A stretch of DNA of 64,000 nt from Patescibacteria group bacterium. GTDB lineage: Bacteria; Patescibacteriota; Minisyncoccia; RBG-13-40-8-A. The position numbers and the translations under genes were made by a program. Under the pieces are notes generated by a model. It was not told the DNA's origin and did no database searches. It worked only from the letters and a program-made list of their open reading frames with translations. The stretch spans positions 29,476 to 93,475 of the forward strand of contig JAZDGD010000009.1 in NCBI GenBank assembly GCA_043807255.1. Direction: 5' to 3'. Positions 30,118 to 38,389 of the stretch are shown piece after piece (within the stretch, counting starts at the first letter, position 1; every line of letters starts with the position of its first letter).

Positions 30118-30780
30118 TTATTTATTAAACAATTTTACCAGCCAACCAAACAAACTAAACCTACTTTCGTTTGTTTTCACAAAATTTTCAATATTCAGTC
30201 TTTCTTGTTCCATGATCTGAATTTGGTTTTGAAGTTCGGTTTTATCTATTTCATCGGTTGTTTGTTCCATTAATCCTGTTAGTTTTTCTAATCTATTTCT
30301 GGTTTGTACCATTTCACTGCGTAATGCTCCGAGATTTTTATAGTTAGAACCGAACAAAAATGTCTTTATTTTGTTTCTTTCCTGAATTGATTCTATCTCG
30401 TCGGCAATTTTTTCCCTAACCTGATTTTGCTCTTGAGCAATAGTTCTCACCTGCGCACCAATTCCATCACCCTGATTGTCTGCAATCCCCTCTAGTTGAT
30501 GAATAAAGGTAGAAACCGTACTGCTGTGTTCTTCAATATTAATTCTTAATTGCTTGGTTTCTTGTACTTGATTCCCGTTTTGTAAAGAATTTTCTTCGCC
30601 CTCATTTTCCTGCCCTTGATTCTGTTCTTGGTTTTGGATGTCTTCTCCTTGGTTTTGTTCTTGATTCTGATTCTGATTTTGCTCAGTATCGCCAGTTTGA
30701 GCATTGTCTGATTTTGCCAAAACAAAACCAGCCAAACCCAAAACCAACACGCACACACAAATTATAGATAAAATTTTCAT
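30118..30780 (-). CDS. Secreted hypothetical protein with Q/N/E-rich linker
   Basis: Signal peptide, QNQ repeats, helical C-terminus ending FSLFGWLVK. Confidence 0.8.
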   Translation of the reverse strand: MKILSIICVCVLVLGLAGFVLAKSDNAQTGDTEQNQNQNQEQNQGEDIQNQEQNQGQENEGEENSLQNGNQVQETKQLRINIEEHSSTVSTFIHQLEGIADNQGDGIGAQVRTIAQEQNQVREKIADEIESIQERNKIKTFLFGSNYKNLGALRSEMVQTRNRLEKLTGLMEQTTDEIDKTELQNQIQIMEQERLNIENFVKTNESRFSLFGWLVKLFNK

Positions 30781-30878
30781 TTTTTTATATATATTAATTA
30801 TTAATTTATTAATTGTTAGTTAATATACAGTATAGCACACATTTAATGTGGTGCCATGGGAATTCAAGCCCAAGTTTT

Positions 30879-30923
30879 TTAGAATAAATCTTACGAGGTT
30901 AAACCTCGTAAGATTTATTCTAA
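30879..30923. repeat. REP-like palindrome overlapping RAYT stop codon
   Basis: Perfect 21-bp arms TTAGAATAAATCTTACGAGGT-TAA-ACCTCGTAAGATTTATTCTAA. Confidence 0.92.
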
Positions 30924-31610
30924 TGACAATTCTCTTGCGTCGTTTACTGCCATGTCCTTCAGCCATTTTTCTATATTTTGTTTGTATTTCCCATCTCCAC
31001 CAAACACTCCCAATAAAAATTCTCTATTTGTAATTGAAGGAAAGTTCTTTTTACCTGCGTAATCCAAATAACTAGACCAACGATAATTGCCTAAATATTC
31101 CATCGCTCCGTTATAATTATTTAGTTTTCTTGCTCGCCATTCCGGAAAACTGAGATCTAGTGGATTCAAATGAATATAATATGGAAGGTTTAAGAAATGA
31201 TTTTGTTTGTCGATTAAAATTGATTTATACGTACTCTGAAATAATGTTCCCCTTCTTTTGTATTTTTTATTGAATGACATCGTATAACCGGTTCCTAATT
31301 TTTGCATAAACCTAGAAATACCATTATCTTTTTTCTGTTTCAACAATAAATGATAATGATTTGGCATCAAACAAAATGCTAAAATTTCCACAAGCAATTT
31401 TCTCTCTTTAATCTTGCGAGGTTTAACCTCGTAAGATTCTAGGTCCATAGATTTATAATATATATTTTCTGCGGGTGCCTCATCGTTAAATTCATACAGA
31501 TCGTGAATAAAACGAAGATGGTCCTTGTCGTCTGCAAATATGTTTCTCTGTTCAACTCCGTGATTTAAAACGTGATAAATTTCATTATTTTCAAATTGTG
31601 GTTTTTTCAT
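30915..31610 (-). mobile_element. REP-associated tyrosine (Y1 HUH) transposase, IS200-like
   Basis: YHVLNHG, FCLMPNHYHLL (HUH), G.LFQ, YIHLNP, YRWSSY; flanked by palindromes. Confidence 0.9.
31410..31438. repeat. REP-like palindrome inside RAYT CDS
   Basis: AATCTTGCGAGGT-TTA-ACCTCGTAAGATT. Confidence 0.9.
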
Positions 31611-31642
31611 AATATTTTTATATTATCATAATTAAAATATGT

Positions 31643-31663
31643 TTACGAGGTTAAACCTCGTAA
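31643..31663. repeat. REP-like palindrome upstream of RAYT
   Basis: TTACGAGGT-TAA-ACCTCGTAA. Confidence 0.9.
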
Positions 31664-31721
31664 GATTAATTGTAACATAAAAATTGATATTTAGATATAA
31701 TTCTGCTATATTTTAACTAAC

Positions 31722-31794
31722 GGCCCCATCGTCTAGTGGCCCAGGACATCAGATTCTCATTCTGAAAACACCGGTTCAACTCCGGTTGGGGCTA
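31722..31794 (+). tRNA. tRNA-Glu(CTC)
   Basis: Cloverleaf; anticodon arm TCAGA-TTCTCAT-TCTGA; GGTTCAACT T-loop. Confidence 0.93.
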
Positions 31795-31800
31795 AAACCA

Positions 31801-31833
31801 AAAATCTTACGAGGTTTAACCTCGTAAGATTTT
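31801..31833. repeat. REP-like palindrome after tRNA-Glu
   Basis: AAAATCTTACGAGGT-TTA-ACCTCGTAAGATTTT. Confidence 0.9.
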
Positions 31834-31862
31834 ATAATACAACCGAATAATCAGAATTAAAA

Positions 31863-33152
31863 TTATTTTTTAAGCCAAGTTTTGTCTTGACGGACTAAAA
31901 GCTGTTTTATTTTTTCTGGCTCTGCCATAATTTCCTCTATTATCTTTTCTAGTCTTATTGATTGAGATCCTTTTACAAAAACAATATCTTCTTCTTTTAT
32001 TTCTTTTTGCACAATTAATTTTGCTTCTTCGGATGTTGAAAATTTAAAAATCTTACTTTCATCAAAACCAACGCTCTTTGCTCCTTGTGCAATAAATTCT
32101 GTACTACTTCCAATTGCAAAAATTAGATTTACTGTTTCGCCCGCCTTTTTGCCAAGCTTGATATGTGCTTGTTCTGAATATTTCCCAATCTCCAACATAT
32201 CTCCCAAAATTGCGATTTTTCGTTTATCTGTAAAAACTTTTAAGGCATTAAGTCCTGCCTCCATTGATAGTGGTGCTGCGTTGTAGGAATCATCAATAAT
32301 AACACTATTTTTTATCCCTTTTAATAAATGCATTCTTCCTGGCAAAGGAACAATTTCTTTGATTGCCTGAGAAATCTCTACTAAGTTCATATTAAAAATA
32401 ATTCCTACCGCAGCTCCGGCCAAGGCCGAATATAAATGTTGTGTGCCCAAAACATTAATTAATTTTGCTGGCACACTGCTCCCCTTAAAATCTAATTTAA
32501 AATTAAGCTCACTAACGTTTTCTTTTTCAAACAACAATTTTAATTCATAATTTGTTGCCTTAATATCCGCTTTTTCATTCAATCCAAAGGTCATAACTTT
32601 AGCGTCGATATCATTTTCCATTTTTCTTACTCTTTCGTCGTCGTAATTTAAAATCGCAATTCCATCCTTGTCCAATGTTTTGACTATGGTCTTTTTTTCT
32701 TCAGCAACTTTTTCTGGGCTTTCGAAAAATTCAACATGAACTGGAATATCACCAACCGTAGTGACTACGCCAATTTTATGTTTTACAAAACCAAGCAAGT
32801 ACTTTATGTCTCCCGGTTTATCAGCCCCCATTTCTAAAATTAGGAAATCGGGATAATCAACTTTAACCAAAATCATATACAACATTTTAATAAATTTTGG
32901 AATCCATCTTAAAATTGAATTTCCTCCAGTTTTTAAATTAAAAATCGTTAACGGGACACCAATTTCATTATTATAATTTTTTTCATTCCTTCTGATTCGT
33001 TTTTCGCCAAAATGACTTTTTAAAACAGCATAAATTGCCTCCTTGGTAGAGGTTTTACCTACGCTACCAGTAATCGCAATAACAATTGGCTTATATTTTT
33101 TTAAAGCAATGATTGCTAATCTTTTTAATATTTTTTGTAAAATTTTTATCAT
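31863..33152 (-). CDS. murF: UDP-MurNAc-tripeptide--D-Ala-D-Ala ligase
   Basis: ITGSVGKTSTK, NNEIGVP, DDSYNA, LGDMLEIG, VKGSQ. Confidence 0.93.
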   Translation of the reverse strand: MIKILQKILKRLAIIALKKYKPIVIAITGSVGKTSTKEAIYAVLKSHFGEKRIRRNEKNYNNEIGVPLTIFNLKTGGNSILRWIPKFIKMLYMILVKVDYPDFLILEMGADKPGDIKYLLGFVKHKIGVVTTVGDIPVHVEFFESPEKVAEEKKTIVKTLDKDGIAILNYDDERVRKMENDIDAKVMTFGLNEKADIKATNYELKLLFEKENVSELNFKLDFKGSSVPAKLINVLGTQHLYSALAGAAVGIIFNMNLVEISQAIKEIVPLPGRMHLLKGIKNSVIIDDSYNAAPLSMEAGLNALKVFTDKRKIAILGDMLEIGKYSEQAHIKLGKKAGETVNLIFAIGSSTEFIAQGAKSVGFDESKIFKFSTSEEAKLIVQKEIKEEDIVFVKGSQSIRLEKIIEEIMAEPEKIKQLLVRQDKTWLKK

Positions 33153-33153
33153 A

Positions 33154-34869
33154 TTATTCGCTTGGCATTATCTCATAATAATTTAACACATACTTGGCTA
33201 TTTCTCCAAACAATGGTGCTGATGTACTTTCGGCATATTGTGCGCCAACTGGTCTGTCCAATTTCACCAACATTGAAAATTGAGCATTAAAAGCTGGATA
33301 ATAACCAATTACAGAATGAATTGTTTCGTTTTCTAAATATCCTTTTACTGGATCTGGAATTTGAGCAGTCCCAGTCTTTGCAGCAATTTGATATCCTTCG
33401 ACTCCTGCACGTTGTGTGTGACCGTTTTCAACAACACTTACAAGCATTGCAGTTAACCTTGAGGCGGTGTCTTGAGAAATTACACGTCTTATTTCTTTGG
33501 GCCGTGTTTCTTCTTCTTTGTCACCGCGAATGATTTTTTCAACCACGTAGGGTTTCATCATTATGCCATTGTTAGCAATCGCTGCAAATGCGGTTACCAT
33601 TTGAATTGGCGTTACAGCAATGCCCTGACCAAAAGAAATGTTTGCGTAATTGATATCAATATCTTTATTCAAATTTAGAATGCTTCCTTTTACTTCGCCG
33701 TTTAAATCAATGCCCGTTTTCTCTCCGAAGCCAAATTTAATAACATACTCCTTAAACGCACTCTTACCCAGTTCTTGTTGGGCAAAAACAGCTCCTAGGT
33801 TCAGTGATTTTTCCAAAACCTGTGTCATTGTCTGAATTCCCTCTGCGCGCCTCAAGGCGTTTTCAATTATCTTGCCAGACACCTCTATCTTGCCGGTGTC
33901 ATTATAAGTAGTTTGGGGATTAACAACTTTTTTGTCAAGCGCAGCAGCCATGGTTATTGGCTTAAATATTGATCCTGGTTCATATAAACTTTGCACGATT
34001 GGATTTATAAAAACGTTTATATTTTTAACATTTCCGTAATTGTTGGGATTAAATTTTGGATAACTAGCCATGGCAATAATTTTGCCAGTTTGTACTTCCA
34101 TAATTACTACGCTGCCGGATGGAGATTTAAATTTATCAATATATTCTTTTAATTTATTTTCTACAAAAAATTGAACATTGGGATCGATAGTCAAAATTAA
34201 GTCTGCTCCCTCTTCTGGTTGTTCAATTATCTTTTTGCTTATGGGAATTAATTGCCCCTTGCTATCTTTTTCCATTATTGCTGACCCTGCCCTTCCTGAC
34301 AATTCTTGATTATACGCTTCTTCTACTCCATACTGACCCTGATCTGCTTCTCCGCTTGTCTGACGCACAAAACCGATTAAGTGGCAAACTGTTTCATTCG
34401 CAGGAAAATATCTTCTTTGTTCGACTTCGAATTTTATACCCTGCAAATTTAATTCTTTAATCTGTTCAATAATTTCCTCGCTGACCTTATTTTTTAATGG
34501 TTCATAGGGATCATTTTCCTTATAAATTCTTTCTCTAATTTTGTCTGCGTCCATTTCTAATAATGGAGCTAATAATTCTGCCGTTTCTTCTTTCTCTTCG
34601 ATCTCCATGGGAACGGCATAAAGATTGTAAAAATTTTTATTAATTGCTATTGGAGAAAATAAAGAGCGGGAGTTTTTCTCGATATACCGATCTTTAAGAA
34701 AAATTTCCCCCCGCTGAGGATAAATATTTTGATACACCTGTTGTTGGTTTTCGGCCTTCCCTTTATAGGAGCTGTGTTTTAATATTTGAAGATTAAACAA
34801 GCGAAAAACTACACCCGCAAAACAAAAAAATATAACCACGCTTAAAAAATAAAAACGCCAATTTTTCAT
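33154..34869 (-). CDS. ftsI: Class B penicillin-binding protein (FtsI-like)
   Basis: EPGSIFK, SLN, KTGTAQ; dcw context. Confidence 0.88.
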   Translation of the reverse strand: MKNWRFYFLSVVIFFCFAGVVFRLFNLQILKHSSYKGKAENQQQVYQNIYPQRGEIFLKDRYIEKNSRSLFSPIAINKNFYNLYAVPMEIEEKEETAELLAPLLEMDADKIRERIYKENDPYEPLKNKVSEEIIEQIKELNLQGIKFEVEQRRYFPANETVCHLIGFVRQTSGEADQGQYGVEEAYNQELSGRAGSAIMEKDSKGQLIPISKKIIEQPEEGADLILTIDPNVQFFVENKLKEYIDKFKSPSGSVVIMEVQTGKIIAMASYPKFNPNNYGNVKNINVFINPIVQSLYEPGSIFKPITMAAALDKKVVNPQTTYNDTGKIEVSGKIIENALRRAEGIQTMTQVLEKSLNLGAVFAQQELGKSAFKEYVIKFGFGEKTGIDLNGEVKGSILNLNKDIDINYANISFGQGIAVTPIQMVTAFAAIANNGIMMKPYVVEKIIRGDKEEETRPKEIRRVISQDTASRLTAMLVSVVENGHTQRAGVEGYQIAAKTGTAQIPDPVKGYLENETIHSVIGYYPAFNAQFSMLVKLDRPVGAQYAESTSAPLFGEIAKYVLNYYEIMPSE

Positions 34870-34891
34870 AAGAAGTCAGACTTCTTCATAC

Positions 34892-35257
34892 TTATTTAAC
34901 TAGCATTGCACTGGCTCTGGGCAAAGAAACATATTCCGTTCTAGAAACCCTAATCATTTCTAATTGGCCAACTTTTGCTTCTAAAATATTTACCGAATTA
35001 AGGCTGGATATTTCAACTTGCAAATCTTTATTTATTGATTCTAACTCACCTAATTGTTTTGACAAGCTTCTTATTTTATATCCTTTTGCAGCAATACTAT
35101 TTGTTGCAAAAACATACAAAAAACCAAAAACAAATACAAATAAAATCAAAACACAGGCCGTACATTTTCTAGCTTTTATGCGTTGATTAACTTCCGCCCC
35201 ATAGACAGATCGATGAGAGCGAACAACATTTGTATGTACCAATGATGCTACTGTCAT
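34892..35257 (-). CDS. FtsL-like cell division protein
   Basis: TM plus coiled coil between rsmH and ftsI. Confidence 0.7.
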   Translation of the reverse strand: MTVASLVHTNVVRSHRSVYGAEVNQRIKARKCTACVLILFVFVFGFLYVFATNSIAAKGYKIRSLSKQLGELESINKDLQVEISSLNSVNILEAKVGQLEMIRVSRTEYVSLPRASAMLVK

Positions 35258-35259
35258 AA

Positions 35260-36132
35260 TTATATATACATCGCGGCTCGCAGTTTTGCACTACGGCTAC
35301 GAGAATTAGCAATAAGCTCTGCCTCTCCGGCAGTAATCGGCTTCTTTGTCAGAATTTTTATCTTCCCTTGCTTTTCTAAATCCCTAAAGAACCATTTCAC
35401 TATTCGATCTTCTAATGAGTGAAACGAGATAACCACTACTCTACCCTCTTTGTTTAAAATTTGAAATGCTTGTTCCAGTCCTTTCTTTAAATTTTCCATT
35501 TCATCGTTAACTACAATTCTTAATGCTTGAAAAATTCTCGCTGCTGTACGATCCACCCTATAATGTCCTGCTTTTGAAAAGGGAACGCTTCTTTTTATAA
35601 TCTCAAATAATTGCGAGGTTGTCTGAATTGAACTTAGTCCCCTATGTTGAACAATCCTTTGTACAATTCTTCTGGCAAATCTTTCCTCGCCATAATCTCT
35701 AAAGATCTTAATCAACTCCTCTTCTGGCCAAGTATTGATTATTTCTTGCGCTGTCACCACCTGGCTACTATTAAAAATCATTGTCAGAGGTTCGTCTTTT
35801 TTGTACGAGAATCCCTTCTCGCTTTCATCAAGTTGCCAACTCGATAATCCTAAGTCAAATAAGACGCCATCCACTTTAATAAAATTATTTTCCTCTGCAA
35901 TTATTTTAAGATCTCTAAAGTTTCCGCAAACTAAATTTAATCTTTCTGTGGATTGAATTCTTTTTAATGATTCTGCGTCCACATCAATCCCCAAAATTTT
36001 TCCATCAGGAATTGTTTTTTCTAATATTTTTAAACTGTGCCCTGCCTCACCAACCGTGCAGTCAATAAAATTTTCATTCGGTTGTGGGTTAAGATATTCA
36101 ATTACTTCATTTAAAAGTACTGGTTTATGCAT
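35260..36132 (-). CDS. rsmH: 16S rRNA m4C1402 methyltransferase
   Basis: HKPVLL, DLGLSS, FQALRI.VNDE, SFHSLEDR. Confidence 0.97.
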   Translation of the reverse strand: MHKPVLLNEVIEYLNPQPNENFIDCTVGEAGHSLKILEKTIPDGKILGIDVDAESLKRIQSTERLNLVCGNFRDLKIIAEENNFIKVDGVLFDLGLSSWQLDESEKGFSYKKDEPLTMIFNSSQVVTAQEIINTWPEEELIKIFRDYGEERFARRIVQRIVQHRGLSSIQTTSQLFEIIKRSVPFSKAGHYRVDRTAARIFQALRIVVNDEMENLKKGLEQAFQILNKEGRVVVISFHSLEDRIVKWFFRDLEKQGKIKILTKKPITAGEAELIANSRSRSAKLRAAMYI

Positions 36133-36138
36133 AGGACG

Positions 36139-36570
36139 TTAAACGCCCAAGTTACCTAAGCGTTCGGCAATATTATCAACTTCTTTTTCGCTTTGACTTT
36201 TGAATGCATTCCACTTAATTTCATCCCAAATTTCTAAACGATTATAAACTCCAGCAATCACAACATTCTTTTTAAGTTGAGCGTATTCTTTTAGGTAGTC
36301 GGGAATAAGAACTCTTCCTAGTGTGTCTAGATCAACTTCGCTTGCACCAGCAAGCATTAATCGACTGAATCCCCTGGTGTCGCGTTGACCAATTGGTAAA
36401 TTGCTTAACTTTTCAACTAACTTCTGCCACTCTTTAGACGGATAAATAAAAAGACAGTTATCCAGTCCCCTGGTAATAACCGCCTTAGCACCAAGCTCTT
36501 TCCTGATTTTCGCAGGAATCGCTAATCGCTTTTTGTCGTCTATTATGTGTGTGTATTCGCCAATTAACAT
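36139..36570 (-). CDS. mraZ: Transcriptional regulator MraZ
   Basis: DDKKRLAIP, DTLGRVLIP, LEIW. Confidence 0.97.
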   Translation of the reverse strand: MLIGEYTHIIDDKKRLAIPAKIRKELGAKAVITRGLDNCLFIYPSKEWQKLVEKLSNLPIGQRDTRGFSRLMLAGASEVDLDTLGRVLIPDYLKEYAQLKKNVVIAGVYNRLEIWDEIKWNAFKSQSEKEVDNIAERLGNLGV

Positions 36571-36621
36571 TTTGTTTCTTTGTCTTGTTTCGGGGAGTTA
36601 TCCCCCGTTATGATTAGTTAT

Positions 36622-36648
36622 CAACACTTCTATCCACATCTCACCACC
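36622..36648 (-). promoter_or_regulatory. Putative MraZ-binding direct repeats
   Basis: GTGG/GTGG/GTGT at exact 10-bp period upstream of mraZ. Confidence 0.6.
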
Positions 36649-36874
36649 TTGATTACATTTTAATCCACAAAAATACACGTGTCAACCCCGCAGCTGCGGG
36701 GTAAATCCCTTGTGGCTAAAATTACAAATTCCCCTCTATGCAAGGGGAATTTTCAATAATCACACAAAAAGTTATGCACAGCTTTTACACTATACTGATT
36801 TTATTAAAATTAATTTGTTAAATAAAATAGCCCTTAACCGCTTCGCGCGATTAAGGGCTTCTGAAATTCAGAGA

Positions 36875-37486
36875 CTAGAGATTTGGCTCTTTGGCAGAAG
36901 CGAGGCCGATGCTACTGTCGTCGTTGGAGTCATCCCAGTCGATGATGCGGAGACCGTCCTTGTCGAAGATGCCGAGACTGAAAGAATCGCCATACGAATT
37001 CACATTCGAAGTTCTGACCCAGATGCGTTTAAACAAGCGTTCATTGTTCTCCAGACAATTCAGCATGATGGCATAGGCCATTTGTCGAACCATGGGAACA
37101 ACTTCGTTGGTCTGGAGCAGATGCTGCTGTTTGCCCCAGTTCTTTTTGCGGGAATTGGGAACTTCTGCTTTCCGAATCAGACGCCACTGCGGAGTTTCCT
37201 GCTCCTCGGCCCAGCCGTACGATTCGCAAAAGCCTAAATGCTGGTCGCAGAATAGACCATCCTTCACTCTGCCACGAACATCAAGAAGCGAGATCCCGAA
37301 GTCGGCAATGAGGATATGGTCGTTCTTCGTTGCTTCCAACACCTCTTCGGTAAACGGAATCACCGAAAACGCCTTGGCGATTTCATTGGTCATCGAGACA
37401 TTGAAACGCCGGACGGCTACGTCTACGCCGAGAAGATTACGACCCATGATTTCACGAACAGAATTGAGTTTTAAAAACTTGCTCAC
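36875..37486 (-). CDS. Hypothetical protein resembling CLec-fold DGR target proteins
   Basis: AAGGAGA SD before GTG; higher GC; C-terminus WVRTS...G....LG.FD.DGL.I..W.D......IGLASAK. Confidence 0.6.
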   Translation of the reverse strand: MSKFLKLNSVREIMGRNLLGVDVAVRRFNVSMTNEIAKAFSVIPFTEEVLEATKNDHILIADFGISLLDVRGRVKDGLFCDQHLGFCESYGWAEEQETPQWRLIRKAEVPNSRKKNWGKQQHLLQTNEVVPMVRQMAYAIMLNCLENNERLFKRIWVRTSNVNSYGDSFSLGIFDKDGLRIIDWDDSNDDSSIGLASAKEPNL

Positions 37487-37607
37487 TCTAAATCTCCTTT
37501 TAATATAAATTTTATGGCTCTCTCCGACTTTTACGTCGTAGCTCGCCATAATTTCAAAGGACAAATACAATTCATATATACCATATCGCAAAAATCTTGT
37601 CAAATTA

Positions 37608-37653
37608 TTTCTTGTCGCCATTAGAACGCCATGGCGTAATTATGGCGTATCAA
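37608..37653. repeat. Palindromic direct repeat downstream of PaaX/Cas2-like gene B
   Basis: TTTCTTGTCGCCATTAGAACGCCATGGCGTAA is identical (32 bp) to 38269-38300. Confidence 0.9.
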
Positions 37654-37679
37654 TTAATTGAGCAATATTGGCCAACCGA

Positions 37680-38255
37680 CTAATTGATTTTAAATGTTTC
37701 TCTTAACTCTCTATCATCTCCTATTCTGTCGGCCACGATTAATCTAATTTCGTTTTCGGTTAATCCAAAAAAATCTCTCAACAAATCGATTTCATCTTTA
37801 CAATTAAATGGATGGATCCAAACACTTTTTTGAATTAATTGAAATCCCAACTCTTTTAATTTTCCGCGAAAAGCATCTCTATGGGCCTTTTTCAAATGTG
37901 CAATATCAAACATAACCAATCTCCATTTCTTGTCCCATTTTTTCGGTTTACCGATCTTTAATTCGTCTATCTGCATCCAACCAGCTTTTCTCTTGCCTTT
38001 GTCCGTAAGCGAAATATGCATGCCACCTTTTTTGATTTCTATCTTTATCAATCCTTGTTTCTTGAGTTTATAAAAATTGTCTTGCACCTTTTTGTTGCCA
38101 TATCTTTTAAATTGCTTCAATCCCCTCATTAAATTTCGTATAAAATAAGGAGAACTAGCCGCGACGACAACTGCACCAGAAATTAATAGTGCTATCAAAA
38201 TATCTTTAACAATTTCAGATTTTGGTTTTTTAAAATAATATTTATATTTTGTCAT
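37680..38255 (-). CDS. PaaX-like protein (wHTH plus Cas2-like domain), copy B
   Basis: LKKQGLI, LTDKG, KWDKKWRLVMFDI..RDAFR.KLKELGF..IQKSVWIHP..C. Confidence 0.82.
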   Translation of the reverse strand: MTKYKYYFKKPKSEIVKDILIALLISGAVVVAASSPYFIRNLMRGLKQFKRYGNKKVQDNFYKLKKQGLIKIEIKKGGMHISLTDKGKRKAGWMQIDELKIGKPKKWDKKWRLVMFDIAHLKKAHRDAFRGKLKELGFQLIQKSVWIHPFNCKDEIDLLRDFFGLTENEIRLIVADRIGDDRELRETFKIN

Positions 38256-38268
38256 ATTTGTAATTCAC

Positions 38269-38312
38269 TTTCTTGTCGCCATTAGAACGCCATGGCGTAA
38301 ATACGGCGACAA
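38269..38312. repeat. Palindromic direct repeat upstream of PaaX/Cas2-like gene B
   Basis: TTGTCGCC-N6-ACGCCATGGCGT-N6-GGCGACAA (40 bp, 38273-38312). Confidence 0.9.
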
Positions 38313-38389
38313 CAAATAAATAATTAACAATAGATCATAGAAACATAAATAAAAATAAAATAATAATTTAAATTAAAACTCAACAATAA

